A DNA stretch of 64,000 bases from a virus, in the IMG/VR virus record IMGVR_UViG_3300020048_000040, positions 1-64,000 of that record. One strand, given 5' to 3'. Numbering within the stretch: the first letter of the stretch is position 1; each line of letters starts with the position of its first letter. The notes under the pieces are model-generated. The model was not told the origin of the DNA. It searched no databases and worked only from the letters and a program-made list of their open reading frames with translations. Below, one piece after another: positions 38,981 to 49,800 of the stretch. Made by a program: the position numbers and the translations under genes.

Positions 38981-41065
38981 ATGACTTTAGACGAACAAAT
39001 TCAATTTTATAATGAAAGATTACGTTCTTGTTATCTAAAAGAAAGCTATCCAATAACCTGTATTGATCAGGGTTATTATAATAATCTTTCTAATAAAGAA
39101 GCAGTACTTATGAATAGACAAGTGGGTGAGGCTAATTCCTGTAGTATTATTATACTGAAAAATGAAGAAAAAACTATTCCTGCTTATGATGGTCAAGGTT
39201 ATTATAATGAAATATCAGATAAAGAACGAATAAAACTAGAATTAAATAAAGGTTGCTCTTGTAATATAATTAACGCTTTATCAACTGATTATTATAAGAA
39301 TATTAAATCGTTAACTTTACCTGCTGATACAGGATATTTTTCTCCTGATATAAAAACTATTGCTATTGGAGAAGAACGAGAAGACGGAATAACTGTTATG
39401 GATGCAAGGGATAATTTAGGTTTAAGTGTTTCTGCTTTTGAGAGAGATATTAATGCTGTAATTTCATTCTTCCCTGAACCTGAATTTCCAAAAAATCAAA
39501 AGAGAAATCCATCTCTTCCTGGAAGAGACGATGCAACAGAAAATGATGATGAAGATTTAAGAACTATTGGAAAAATAGAAAGTAATAGAGGTGTTCCTGT
39601 ACCAAATGATGATGTTGAAAGAACCGTTCCTTTTATTGGATATGATTTAAATAATTCTGATAGTTTGAAAATGTGTCGTTTGGATGTAAAGAAAAAAATA
39701 TCTATAATATCGGATTTAGATAGTTATTGTTCTGTAAGTTCTTTCCAAGAAAATAAAGTATTAAGTAATGCATTAGTCGATAATAAATGTATTTATGAAG
39801 CTTGTAGTGATATGGCTATAGTAGATAGTAGTTGTACCTTAAGCTTTAAAGGAAGATTGCAATCTGTTGGTGATGGAATTGCTCCTATCGTAGTAAGAAA
39901 TGGTTTTGTATTTAATAATTATGATGAAAATAAAGAAAGATCAAATAGTGATGCATCTAGCGAGTTTAACAATAACGATTTCAAAAATGGATTTAAAAGT
40001 ATTGCTGAATGGAAAATATCTTTAGAAGATTTTAAAAATATTTCCAGCGAATATTGGCAGGGAACAGATAATTATAAAAGATCCTTGGTGTATAGTAAAT
40101 ATGACGGCCAAGCAAACAAAAATGTATGTAATAGAGGCTTTGTATTTGTCAATGGGAAAAATTCAAAAGCACAATCGATAATAAATAATGAAAGCTGTTA
40201 CGGATATAAAAACATAGATGGTTGGAAAACAGATATAAATGAATACGATCAAAATACCAAATATCCAAATATTTACCAGATAGGTTTTATTTATGTAATA
40301 CCTTATGATAGTTTCTCAGCACAAAGTAATTCAAAGAGATTTAGAATACCATTTCAATATAACCCAGAAATAAATGAGGGTGGTTATCAAGCTAATTATC
40401 AAGCTATTTCTATTTTATCAAGAATGGGTGATTTACAGACATATACAGGAACAAAATTATCTACAGTAGAAATAACTTCTAATTATGAAATACTTACAAA
40501 AAAAGAATTTAACGATTCTAGTATATATAGTAAAGATTCCAATTGGAATGCCTATGCAACAGATCAAAATATTAGAAGGATAGAGAATTTATATAGAAGT
40601 TTGGTTATGCCTTATACAAACGAATTTAACGTTTCTCAGGATACTAATAATAATGCTAATACTTGTTATACAAAATATTATGTAAGACCACCTATGATAA
40701 AAATAGTTCTAGGAGATATATTTACTCATCCTACCAGTAGTGATTTTACTAATTTTGAAAGCGGAAATTCTTGGGCTGGTATGGATAGGAATTCAATTTC
40801 AACTATCTCAATACTAAATAAAAACTTTAAAACTTATGTAGCTTCTTCTGTAAGTATAAAGAAAAGTTTACAAGATAATAAAATAACTTTTGACAACAAT
40901 AAAAATTTATTAAATACAGCTTCGTTTCAAGTTTCCCTTTCTTTGTTGGAAGTATCACAGGAATATAATGATGCGCCTCTTTCAGATTTTAATGCTTATT
41001 ATAATATGGCTGTAAGTAATCAGCATGAAGCTTTTAAAGATTTTGTAGATTTTGTAGAAACATAA
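38981..41065 (+). CDS. Tail tube initiator-like (gp48/gp54-like) protein with long N-terminal extension
   Basis: IPFQYNPEI.E....ANY..ISILSR...TYTGT, RSLVMP...RPPMIKIVLGD. Follows the tape measure gene. Confidence 0.65.
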   Translation: MTLDEQIQFYNERLRSCYLKESYPITCIDQGYYNNLSNKEAVLMNRQVGEANSCSIIILKNEEKTIPAYDGQGYYNEISDKERIKLELNKGCSCNIINALSTDYYKNIKSLTLPADTGYFSPDIKTIAIGEEREDGITVMDARDNLGLSVSAFERDINAVISFFPEPEFPKNQKRNPSLPGRDDATENDDEDLRTIGKIESNRGVPVPNDDVERTVPFIGYDLNNSDSLKMCRLDVKKKISIISDLDSYCSVSSFQENKVLSNALVDNKCIYEACSDMAIVDSSCTLSFKGRLQSVGDGIAPIVVRNGFVFNNYDENKERSNSDASSEFNNNDFKNGFKSIAEWKISLEDFKNISSEYWQGTDNYKRSLVYSKYDGQANKNVCNRGFVFVNGKNSKAQSIINNESCYGYKNIDGWKTDINEYDQNTKYPNIYQIGFIYVIPYDSFSAQSNSKRFRIPFQYNPEINEGGYQANYQAISILSRMGDLQTYTGTKLSTVEITSNYEILTKKEFNDSSIYSKDSNWNAYATDQNIRRIENLYRSLVMPYTNEFNVSQDTNNNANTCYTKYYVRPPMIKIVLGDIFTHPTSSDFTNFESGNSWAGMDRNSISTISILNKNFKTYVASSVSIKKSLQDNKITFDNNKNLLNTASFQVSLSLLEVSQEYNDAPLSDFNAYYNMAVSNQHEAFKDFVDFVET

Positions 41066-41074
41066 GGAAAAAAA

Positions 41075-41374
41075 ATGGCAAATAGATATACTTTTTATAA
41101 TGATGTAATGGATGAAAAAACAAAAACAAATATGAAGGGTCTTTTAAAAGATCCAAAATTTTATGAAGTATTTTATTCTTCCAACATGTCTTATTTCACA
41201 ATCCCAATACAATTACAATATAGACCGGATTTAATTGCATACAGATTTTATAGGGATAGTAGTTATGATTGGATACTTACATTTGTTAATGGGATAACAG
41301 ATTCTCCAGAAGGGTATTATGTTGGTAAAATTTTATTAATACCAGAACTTTCTAAAATAAAACAAGTAGTATAG
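41075..41374 (+). CDS. gp53-like / LysM-like baseplate wedge protein
   Basis: YRPDLIAYRFY.DSSYDWIL..VNGI.D......G..L.IP. Confidence 0.88.
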   Translation: MANRYTFYNDVMDEKTKTNMKGLLKDPKFYEVFYSSNMSYFTIPIQLQYRPDLIAYRFYRDSSYDWILTFVNGITDSPEGYYVGKILLIPELSKIKQVV

Positions 41375-41382
41375 GAGTATAA

Positions 41383-42528
41383 ATGTCTGATATATTTGAG
41401 GCAATAGTAATTGATACAGATCAGTTTTATAAAACTGGCACTATAAAAGTAAAAGTATTTTCCCTTAACGTAGATAAACCAAATGATCTGACAGAACCAT
41501 ATGTATCTGATATGTATGGTAAATTCGATGAGTATGGTTGTTTGGATGCTAGAGTTTTCTCTCCAATGGCAGGGGGGGAAAATTATGGAATATTTTATTT
41601 ACCTCAAGTAAATTCAAAAGGGTTGGTAGCTACAGTAAATGATGATAGATATAATCTTATTTGGATGGGAAGTTTTTTTGATGTAATAGAAAAGCAGCAG
41701 GGAAGTGATGGACAAGAAACAGTAACTATAAATGCTCCACAAGATAATGCTGCTGATGATGTTTCTAATTTGGTTGATAAAGGGAAAGACAAGAGAATAA
41801 AAAAGACAAATGAACAAATAATAATAAGAACCAAAAGCACAAATAATTATACGCAAGATGAAACTGGAACAAAAACATATGCAAAAGAAAATATGGATTG
41901 GGATACAGTGCATACTGATAATCTTATAGTTATAGATAATAAAAAAATAGAGATAACAAGAACTGCTGGTGGATATAATAATGAAGGTGAACTTAGAAAA
42001 TATCAAAAATTTGTTATTGGAACTGAAGGTGATAAAGATGTAACTAAAATAGAATTCGTTGATAAACTAAGAGAAATAGATTCTCATTTTAAGTTAGAGA
42101 ATGGAAATATAAAGGCTACATTAAAAAAAGAAGTTGATGGGAAAAAGTTAGCTGAAGATTTTTTACTTGGAATAAACGATAAAGGAAATCCGTCTTTTTC
42201 AATAAGTATAAATGATGAAATAAATAAGAATACTGCTTCAATAAGGGCTGATTCTACAAACTTATTACTTAGTTATAAACGTGATAAAGTAGCCACATAT
42301 ATTACACAGGATGAGGAAGCTATTGTATTAATGACTGGTAATTCGCAGATAGCCGTGAATGATAAAGAGGTTACAATTTCAAGTGAAAAAATACGATTAT
42401 CTGCAACAAATAGTATTGTTCTTGGTGGAAATAACAGAAGGATTGTTACTACAAGCAGCGATGGTCCTGCTTCTATAATAACACAAGATGGAGCAATACT
42501 TTATTTTGAGAAAAATCTGAGAGCATAA
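41383..42528 (+). CDS. Baseplate central spike (gp5/gpV-like OB fold plus beta-helix), no lysozyme domain evident
   Basis: AIVID.D...G.IKVKV, SPMAGG..YG..YLPQVNS..LV...IWMGS. Confidence 0.75.
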   Translation: MSDIFEAIVIDTDQFYKTGTIKVKVFSLNVDKPNDLTEPYVSDMYGKFDEYGCLDARVFSPMAGGENYGIFYLPQVNSKGLVATVNDDRYNLIWMGSFFDVIEKQQGSDGQETVTINAPQDNAADDVSNLVDKGKDKRIKKTNEQIIIRTKSTNNYTQDETGTKTYAKENMDWDTVHTDNLIVIDNKKIEITRTAGGYNNEGELRKYQKFVIGTEGDKDVTKIEFVDKLREIDSHFKLENGNIKATLKKEVDGKKLAEDFLLGINDKGNPSFSISINDEINKNTASIRADSTNLLLSYKRDKVATYITQDEEAIVLMTGNSQIAVNDKEVTISSEKIRLSATNSIVLGGNNRRIVTTSSDGPASIITQDGAILYFEKNLRA

Positions 42529-43859
42529 TGAAAATAGAAACAAAAATAAATCCAAGAGATTTAAAAAAATGGAAAATAAAACTAACCACCAATATACAGG
42601 AATGGTTACAAGGTAGAGGAACTCCCAGTCAAATAAAAGAAAAAACAAAAGGCGATAAAGAAAAAAAAGAAGGAACTGAAACTACTTCTGAACCTACAGG
42701 AAAAACTAGTTATGCTGGAGTATTAAATGCCGGTACAATAGATGAAACAGCTGCTGCATTGGAAGCTATATCGGCTATACCAGAATTAAACAAAGGCCCT
42801 ACTAAAGGCGTTATTAAGTCTGTAAAAGGTATTTTAAAAGTATATAAAGCTACAAAGAAAGTAATAAGCATTTATCAAAAAGTAGCTCCAAAAGTTACTA
42901 AAGTAGTTAAAATAGTTGGTATGTGGGCAAATCCAGCTAATGGTGCTGATTTAGCTAAAGATGCTATAGGTTTTGGAATAAAATTAATAATTGATTTGAT
43001 TCGTGGTTCTTATGAAAAACTAAAGAATATGCTATTGACATATCCTATCGTATTGGAATTTGATAGTGAGAAAGGTTTTGATATTGATATTTTCAAAAGT
43101 TTAATAACATTATTTGAAAATATGATAGAAGAAGTATGTAATCTATTTGCTTATTATAAAGAAGAACTAAGAAAATTTTGTAAAGATGTAGGAGAAGCTT
43201 TTGAAGGTGGTTTTACAAGTGATGAATTATATAATTTTATAATGAATTACAAACCTCTTTCAGAAAAGAGGAGAGAATTACTTATACTTACAAAAAATTA
43301 TACAATACCTGAAATAGAAAAAATGCTTGGAGTATTGGATAATTTAGCTATAGATGAATTATTAAAAGAGCTTACTTCTGAACAAGTAGTTAAACTATTT
43401 GAAATGTTAGCTGAAATGACTAATGATGAAATAATAGAATTTTTAAATAATATAAAAAAACTGGAATTAGAAGACCTATTAAAAATATTTAATGAACTTG
43501 AAACTACAGATGTCAATTATATCGAAAATATAAAAAGTAGAATGGAAGGACTGTTAAGACAAAAAGAAGAAGATATTAAAAAAAGTAGAGATGATTTTAT
43601 GGCTGGACCATTTGGTTCTGCTTTAAATGTTATTCCTTTAGAATACCTAGAAAACTTTTCTGATATAATTTGTGGTTATGATTATAAGCAAAGATGGTCT
43701 TTAATAGCTTATTTACAAAGTAAAGAAATACCAGGAATAACAACTTATATAAAACATCAATATATTACTCTAATAATTGATTCAGTAGAGACTGATTTTC
43801 AAACGTTAAAGATAATGCTACTGAGTATAATTATGGAGAAAATAAATGGCATTAACTAA
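42528..43859 (+). CDS. Hypothetical helical protein after the spike gene
   Basis: 443 aa, TAATG coupling, acidic L/I/E helical repeats. Confidence 0.65.
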   Translation: MKIETKINPRDLKKWKIKLTTNIQEWLQGRGTPSQIKEKTKGDKEKKEGTETTSEPTGKTSYAGVLNAGTIDETAAALEAISAIPELNKGPTKGVIKSVKGILKVYKATKKVISIYQKVAPKVTKVVKIVGMWANPANGADLAKDAIGFGIKLIIDLIRGSYEKLKNMLLTYPIVLEFDSEKGFDIDIFKSLITLFENMIEEVCNLFAYYKEELRKFCKDVGEAFEGGFTSDELYNFIMNYKPLSEKRRELLILTKNYTIPEIEKMLGVLDNLAIDELLKELTSEQVVKLFEMLAEMTNDEIIEFLNNIKKLELEDLLKIFNELETTDVNYIENIKSRMEGLLRQKEEDIKKSRDDFMAGPFGSALNVIPLEYLENFSDIICGYDYKQRWSLIAYLQSKEIPGITTYIKHQYITLIIDSVETDFQTLKIMLLSIIMEKINGIN

Positions 43860-46800
43860 TCAAGAATTAAAAGATTTTTCCAAGAAAATATATGATAGTT
43901 TTTCAGATATAAAAGACAGTGCCAGCGCTCAAGATAATCTAGAAATAAAAGAAAAATTTGATGATGATAAAGTAAATAGAAATATATTTCATAAAACAAA
44001 TGAAGAAATTTTATCTATACATCAAGAATTATATTCTACTTGGGGTGAATTACGTTCCAATATATCAGATACCCTCCCTTATAAATATTTCGGTTTATCT
44101 ATTCCAGATGTAAATGGATATCATAAACTTCCTCTTAATATTGCTTATACCATAGCTATTAATAATGATAAATATAGTGTAATTTTAGGAGAAGGCCAGG
44201 ATCAATGGGCCGAATTAATTACTGCCTTGAATGAACTTACTACTACATTTAGCGAAAATAAAACTATAACAACTGTTGATGGTGGTGCTAATAGCATAAC
44301 AATTTCTGGTGCATCTTTTAATAATAGTTATATAAATAAATTTGTAATAAAAGATAGCACAACAGCAATCAATAAATATGTTCATAGAATAATATCAGCA
44401 AGCTCAGATACGTTAGTATTAGAGAGTGCCGCTAATTTATCTCCTGGCGATTCTATCACTATTTTTATGGATAAAAAATATGAATTTTCATATGATGCAG
44501 CTACTGAAGATATTAAAGTTGTTATGGGTTTATCTGAAACATATTCGGATTATCAAGTTCCTACAGTTATGCTTAAACAGGAAGGATCTGAATATGATTT
44601 ATTTACTGTTTTAAAAAGTGATTTAACAAAAGATATTTATAATTGGGATGATACTTCTGATCTTTGGATTTATGGTGCAAAATTAACTCCTCAAGATCCT
44701 GATCTAAATACACCATTTAATATATTTCATAAAGAATTAAACAAAACATCTACAGCTGCTGTTAAAACTCCTAAAGAAATGTTGGTTAGTAATGGACAAT
44801 TCTATGGAGAAAGCGATGTTGGGACTTATTTATATCCAAGAATAGGTGAAAGGGAAAGAGTAGTTCTTCTTGATATATATATTGATCATTTAACTACAGC
44901 TACAAGCATATCAGCTACAACACCAATTAATTTAACAAAAACTACTTATGGTACTCTTGCTGAAGTTGTTTATCAAATAACAAATGCCGGTTTTACTGGA
45001 GATATAACTAATAATTCCTATTGTTTTGCTACAAATGGAGGATCTAGTACTGAATTTGTAAAAATACTTGAAGTTCTTGTTAAAGATAATAATCCGTTAC
45101 CAGATGATTATTATATTAAATTTGATATTCTTCCAGAAGGATTTGAACCAACTTCTTTAACAGGAAACAGAGCAGCTTTCCTTGAAGCAGATGCTAAAAA
45201 TATATCAAATACAGACCAACAATTACAATGTCTTAAAGGTCTTATAATAAATTCTATTACTGATTTAAAGAATGATTATTTATATATTAAAAATGCTATA
45301 TTAAGATCTTTAAAAGCTTTTGATAGTGATAATGCTAATTATCTAGTTTCTATTTATCAAGCTTATTTAACCCTTTTAAAATGGTGTGAAAAGCCTAATA
45401 CAATAACTGATGAGAGATTTGAATATGATTATTTTACCAATTTATTAGCTTTAGTTACTACAAGAAATGCTCTATTAGATAACAGAAGAACTTATTTATC
45501 AGCTGGAAACGAAGGATTTGGTATTTTGGGTTTAGCTAGAATTTCTGGAGATACTGGAAAAACTTCTAATGAATCTAAATTCATAGCATCTCAAATAGAT
45601 GCAGGGACTTTAACAGAAGAACAACCAGGTGGTGATATAGGCACAGGTGAATCTTCTTATTTAACAGTTGAACTTTTAAGAAAAGAATTATTAGCTGCTC
45701 AAAATGAAACTAATTTTTTAAAAAGTGATGCAGAACTAAACAATGTAAATACAGCCACAATAGATGATTATGAGGCCTCTTATGGAAGTTTTACATTTTA
45801 TTTAACAGAAGTGTTATCAGATCCATTTTCTTTCGCACAAGAAGATAGTCCAGAATTTCAGGATATTTTTACAGATTATTTAGAAAAGCGAAGAACATTG
45901 ATTTCTGAAACTGCTTTCAAGTCAAAAACTATTGAAGAATCAACAAAACTTGAAACTCTTGAAGTAGAGCAAGAACGTGCTTTAAATTCTTATTTAGAAA
46001 GTGTAAATAGTCAATTTTTATCTGATGAAATAAAAGTTGTTTTACAAGAAGAATACTTGGCATATAATTCAAAACTTAATGAATTGACTATTACTGGTAT
46101 AAACGGGAATATAGTAACTTTTGCTGGGGAGACTTTTGATAATTCATTTGTAAATAAATTAATATTAAAACCAAGTGTATCTATAAAAAGTGTTACTGTA
46201 GCTTCTGGAACAGATTTAACTTTAAATGATGTAATAGGTTTATCTATAAATGATGTTGTGGAATTACATGCAGCTACTTTAGGAACTTCAAATGCGTTAA
46301 AAGAAAAACTTGAAACGGTTATGGCTTCTGGTGTTTTAACTTCTGAAGTTCGAGCAGAAATAGCTGGCCTATCTGTAGCTAATAGTTCGCAAACAACAAC
46401 ACTTACTTCGGCAAATCAAAGCGCAGTAAATGATATATTCAGAAATTTACAGGTAGCCGATGAAGTATTGGAGCCAAATTCTCAAGTAAATTATCCTGGT
46501 GGTGATATTCCTGGTGAAGATGTAATTATTACACAATTAGATAGTTCTATAAATGTTTCCATTAAATTAATTGGAAGAGACGTTCAAATATTCTTTAATT
46601 ATGCTAATAAAGTATATCCAGCTCAACCAACTTATTATGTTTATGGATATCAAATTCAAGGTAGAACAAAAGTATGGACTGATGAAGAAACTACTTATGA
46701 TGAACCAAATGCTTGGTATCCATTAAAAAATAATGATTATAACAGCTATGAATCTAATACTGGTGGATTGGATATTACTGTAGAAACTGGTGGATTAAAT

Positions 46801-49800
46801 ATGGCTACTACATCTTTAACACCATTTCTTATGCATAGGCATTTACCTATTTCTGGTTCATTATTATTTCCAAAAAATAGAACAGTATATTATCGATTCA
46901 GAAAAATAATAAAGAATACTACAAATGAAACTATTGTAGGTTATTCAAGTTGGAGTAATTCTAATTATGAGGCAGTTATTTATCCAGATCAAACAGGAAT
47001 AACCGGAGATACCTGGATAAAATTAAATGATCATGATGCTCCTGTAATTACTGGTATGAATTTGAGTTTATCTCCAAATGTTTTAGAAACTTTTACTACT
47101 CATTATGTTGATGTCGATTTTACTAAATGTCCTGAAAATGCAAACAATCAAGTCGGTACAAAAGGTTATAATATTTATAGAGCAGAAACAAGAAGTGGTG
47201 CTCCAGGTAGTTATACTTATCCAGATAAAGTTTTGGTTGATATATTGCTGGAAGATAAACCTTATGAAACTGATTATTCTACATGGCCTTCTGCTGAAGC
47301 TGAATATACATATATTGATACTTCTACTAGTAATGATAAAACTTATTATTATGGAATAGCTGCTTATGATTATAATGAAAATTATTCAGAAATAGTATGG
47401 AGCACAACACCTACCGTTACAAATAATACAGTAAAAGCTGATATACCAGAAATAACAGAAGTTATAATGTATTTAGCTGATATAAAAACTATAGGATACT
47501 TTCAAATATATTTTACAATTCCTGTAATAAAAAAAGTAGGAATAAAAAGTTTTAATATAAAAAGCAAGTTTGGGTCAACTACTTTTGCTACAAATACTAT
47601 TAATTTTGAACAATGTATTTTCGTTTCTTCTGATGGTACTGATGCGGTTTATTATTATAATAGTTCAAGTTATTATACTACATATCCAAATGATTGGTGG
47701 AAAGAATATGATTATTTTAAAACAGGCTCTAATTCTACTTGTTTAAATTTCAGCCTTCAACCTATTTCAATATTTGATACAACTGGAGATTATAGTACCG
47801 CGTCTACAAATGCTATGTTAACAGAAGGAATTGCTGGATTCACTTATGAAATAAGTTTTGATGAAATAACCCCTACAGTAATAGCTACCAGAGGAAAATT
47901 CGTTATTTCTTGGAATGAAGCTATAACTCGTGGTTTTGATAAATATGTTGTCTATAGAAAAAAATTCGATGAGCTTGAATTTTATGCGTTATCTTATACT
48001 GATAGTTTGATTTATAATGATAGTCTTTTATATTTAGTAGATGCAGAAGATCCAGAGATAACTGATATAAAATATAAAATAATAGCTTATAATCTTTATG
48101 GTAAATCAAAAACTTCTGGTACAAATTACAATGTTGGTACAACCGGATTTGTTGATTTTAGACCTCAAGCAATTACAAACATCACGTTTGCTCAAACAGG
48201 ACATCAACCTGTTGAATATATTGATGATAGAATTGAATTAAGATTTGATAACAGTACTGCTACTGATATAGCTACATTGGAAGTTGAAAAATATAAAATA
48301 TATTTTTCCCAATATAGTAACGGAACTAAATATTTTATTTCTCAAGCATTTTTTATAGATAATATATCTGGTACTGGTGATGTAGCTAAATTTCCTTCTC
48401 TAAATGATACCTCAATTGCAGATAACTTGGTCGTTCTTTATCAAAATTGGAATAAAATGCTTGGAATATCTGAAGACTCAGGAATTCCAGGTGACGAATT
48501 TGATATAGCAGATATTTATTTTTGGATAAAATCAGTAACTTCCAATGGAGCTGAAAGTAATTTCCAAGTACTGACTCCTAAACAAGCCGATGCTAATTAT
48601 ACTAACGATATAATAGATGCAATACCTACAGCTACAACTCTTGTTTCTGCTACTAGGGATTTTATAACAGTAAGTTGGAATATACCAAATATGTTTACTC
48701 ATACAGACAATATACAATTTATTATAGAGCATTGTCCAGATACTACTGTTGGATCTCCAGTATGGACACAATTGTTTACTACAGCAAGTAAAGAAATTAC
48801 ATATTCTTATAAAACTCCAGAAAGATATAAAACACCAGAAGATTTTGATGAAGAAGGTTGGAGAGTAAAAACTTTATTAAGAGGAAAAACTTCTGATTAT
48901 TTAACCTCCAGTGGAAGTAACACTAATTTTACTGGATTCTTATCTTATTATTTAGATAGCGTTGAAATAACAAATATTTCATATGAACGGGAAAAAGTAA
49001 TATTTACTTTTGAACAGATAACTGGAGCTAATCTAGATGATATAAAAGAATTGGTTATTTATAGAAGACCAGATCCAGGAAATGACTATATTGAGTTTTA
49101 TAGAGGGTTAGTTGATTTAATTAAAAATGCTGCTAATTTAAATATTTATGAAATTGCCTGCCCAGAATTCCGTGGTTTGGAAGTTCTTTCAATACCTGAT
49201 TATGCTTATAAGATCTCAATAATAAGTAAATACAGTTCTATATTTGATGGTAATAATGGAACTGACTATAATGTAATAACTACAACAGATTATGTTAAAT
49301 ATGCTTTAACTGAAAATATAACAGGTTTAACTGGATATTTAAGTAGATCAGGAATTATAATAAATTTTAATAAATATGAGGATAATGCTGGAGCTGTAAT
49401 TGCAAATCATAATGAAAGTGATGTTAAAGGATATATTTTAAAAAGAAAAATACTATCGGATTCTTATAAAGAAATAGCTAATATTAAAGAAACAGGATCC
49501 TCTTCATATGAAGAATTAACTAACATACCTATAGGAAAACAAGCTTCTTATTTTCAAACATCTCCAGGATATAGTTTTAAAATACAAGCATATTCAGATT
49601 TTTCTATTTCTCCTGAAGTTGAAATGTTATATAGTTCGACTAACTTTACTGTTGATCCTGATTATTCATTTACTCCAGATACAAATAATTTAAGTGCTCC
49701 TTATGTTTATGGGGAAAATAGTTCTATTTATATAGAAATGGCATTAAATTATGATTTCTACGATGAATATGATTTCTTAGTATATCAATCAAAAACTTAT

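Noticed and set aside
23505-43859. Tailocin or extracellular contractile injection system
   Set aside because: Interspersed nrdJ, dut, homing endonuclease, gp2-like and endolysin genes indicate a phage genome.
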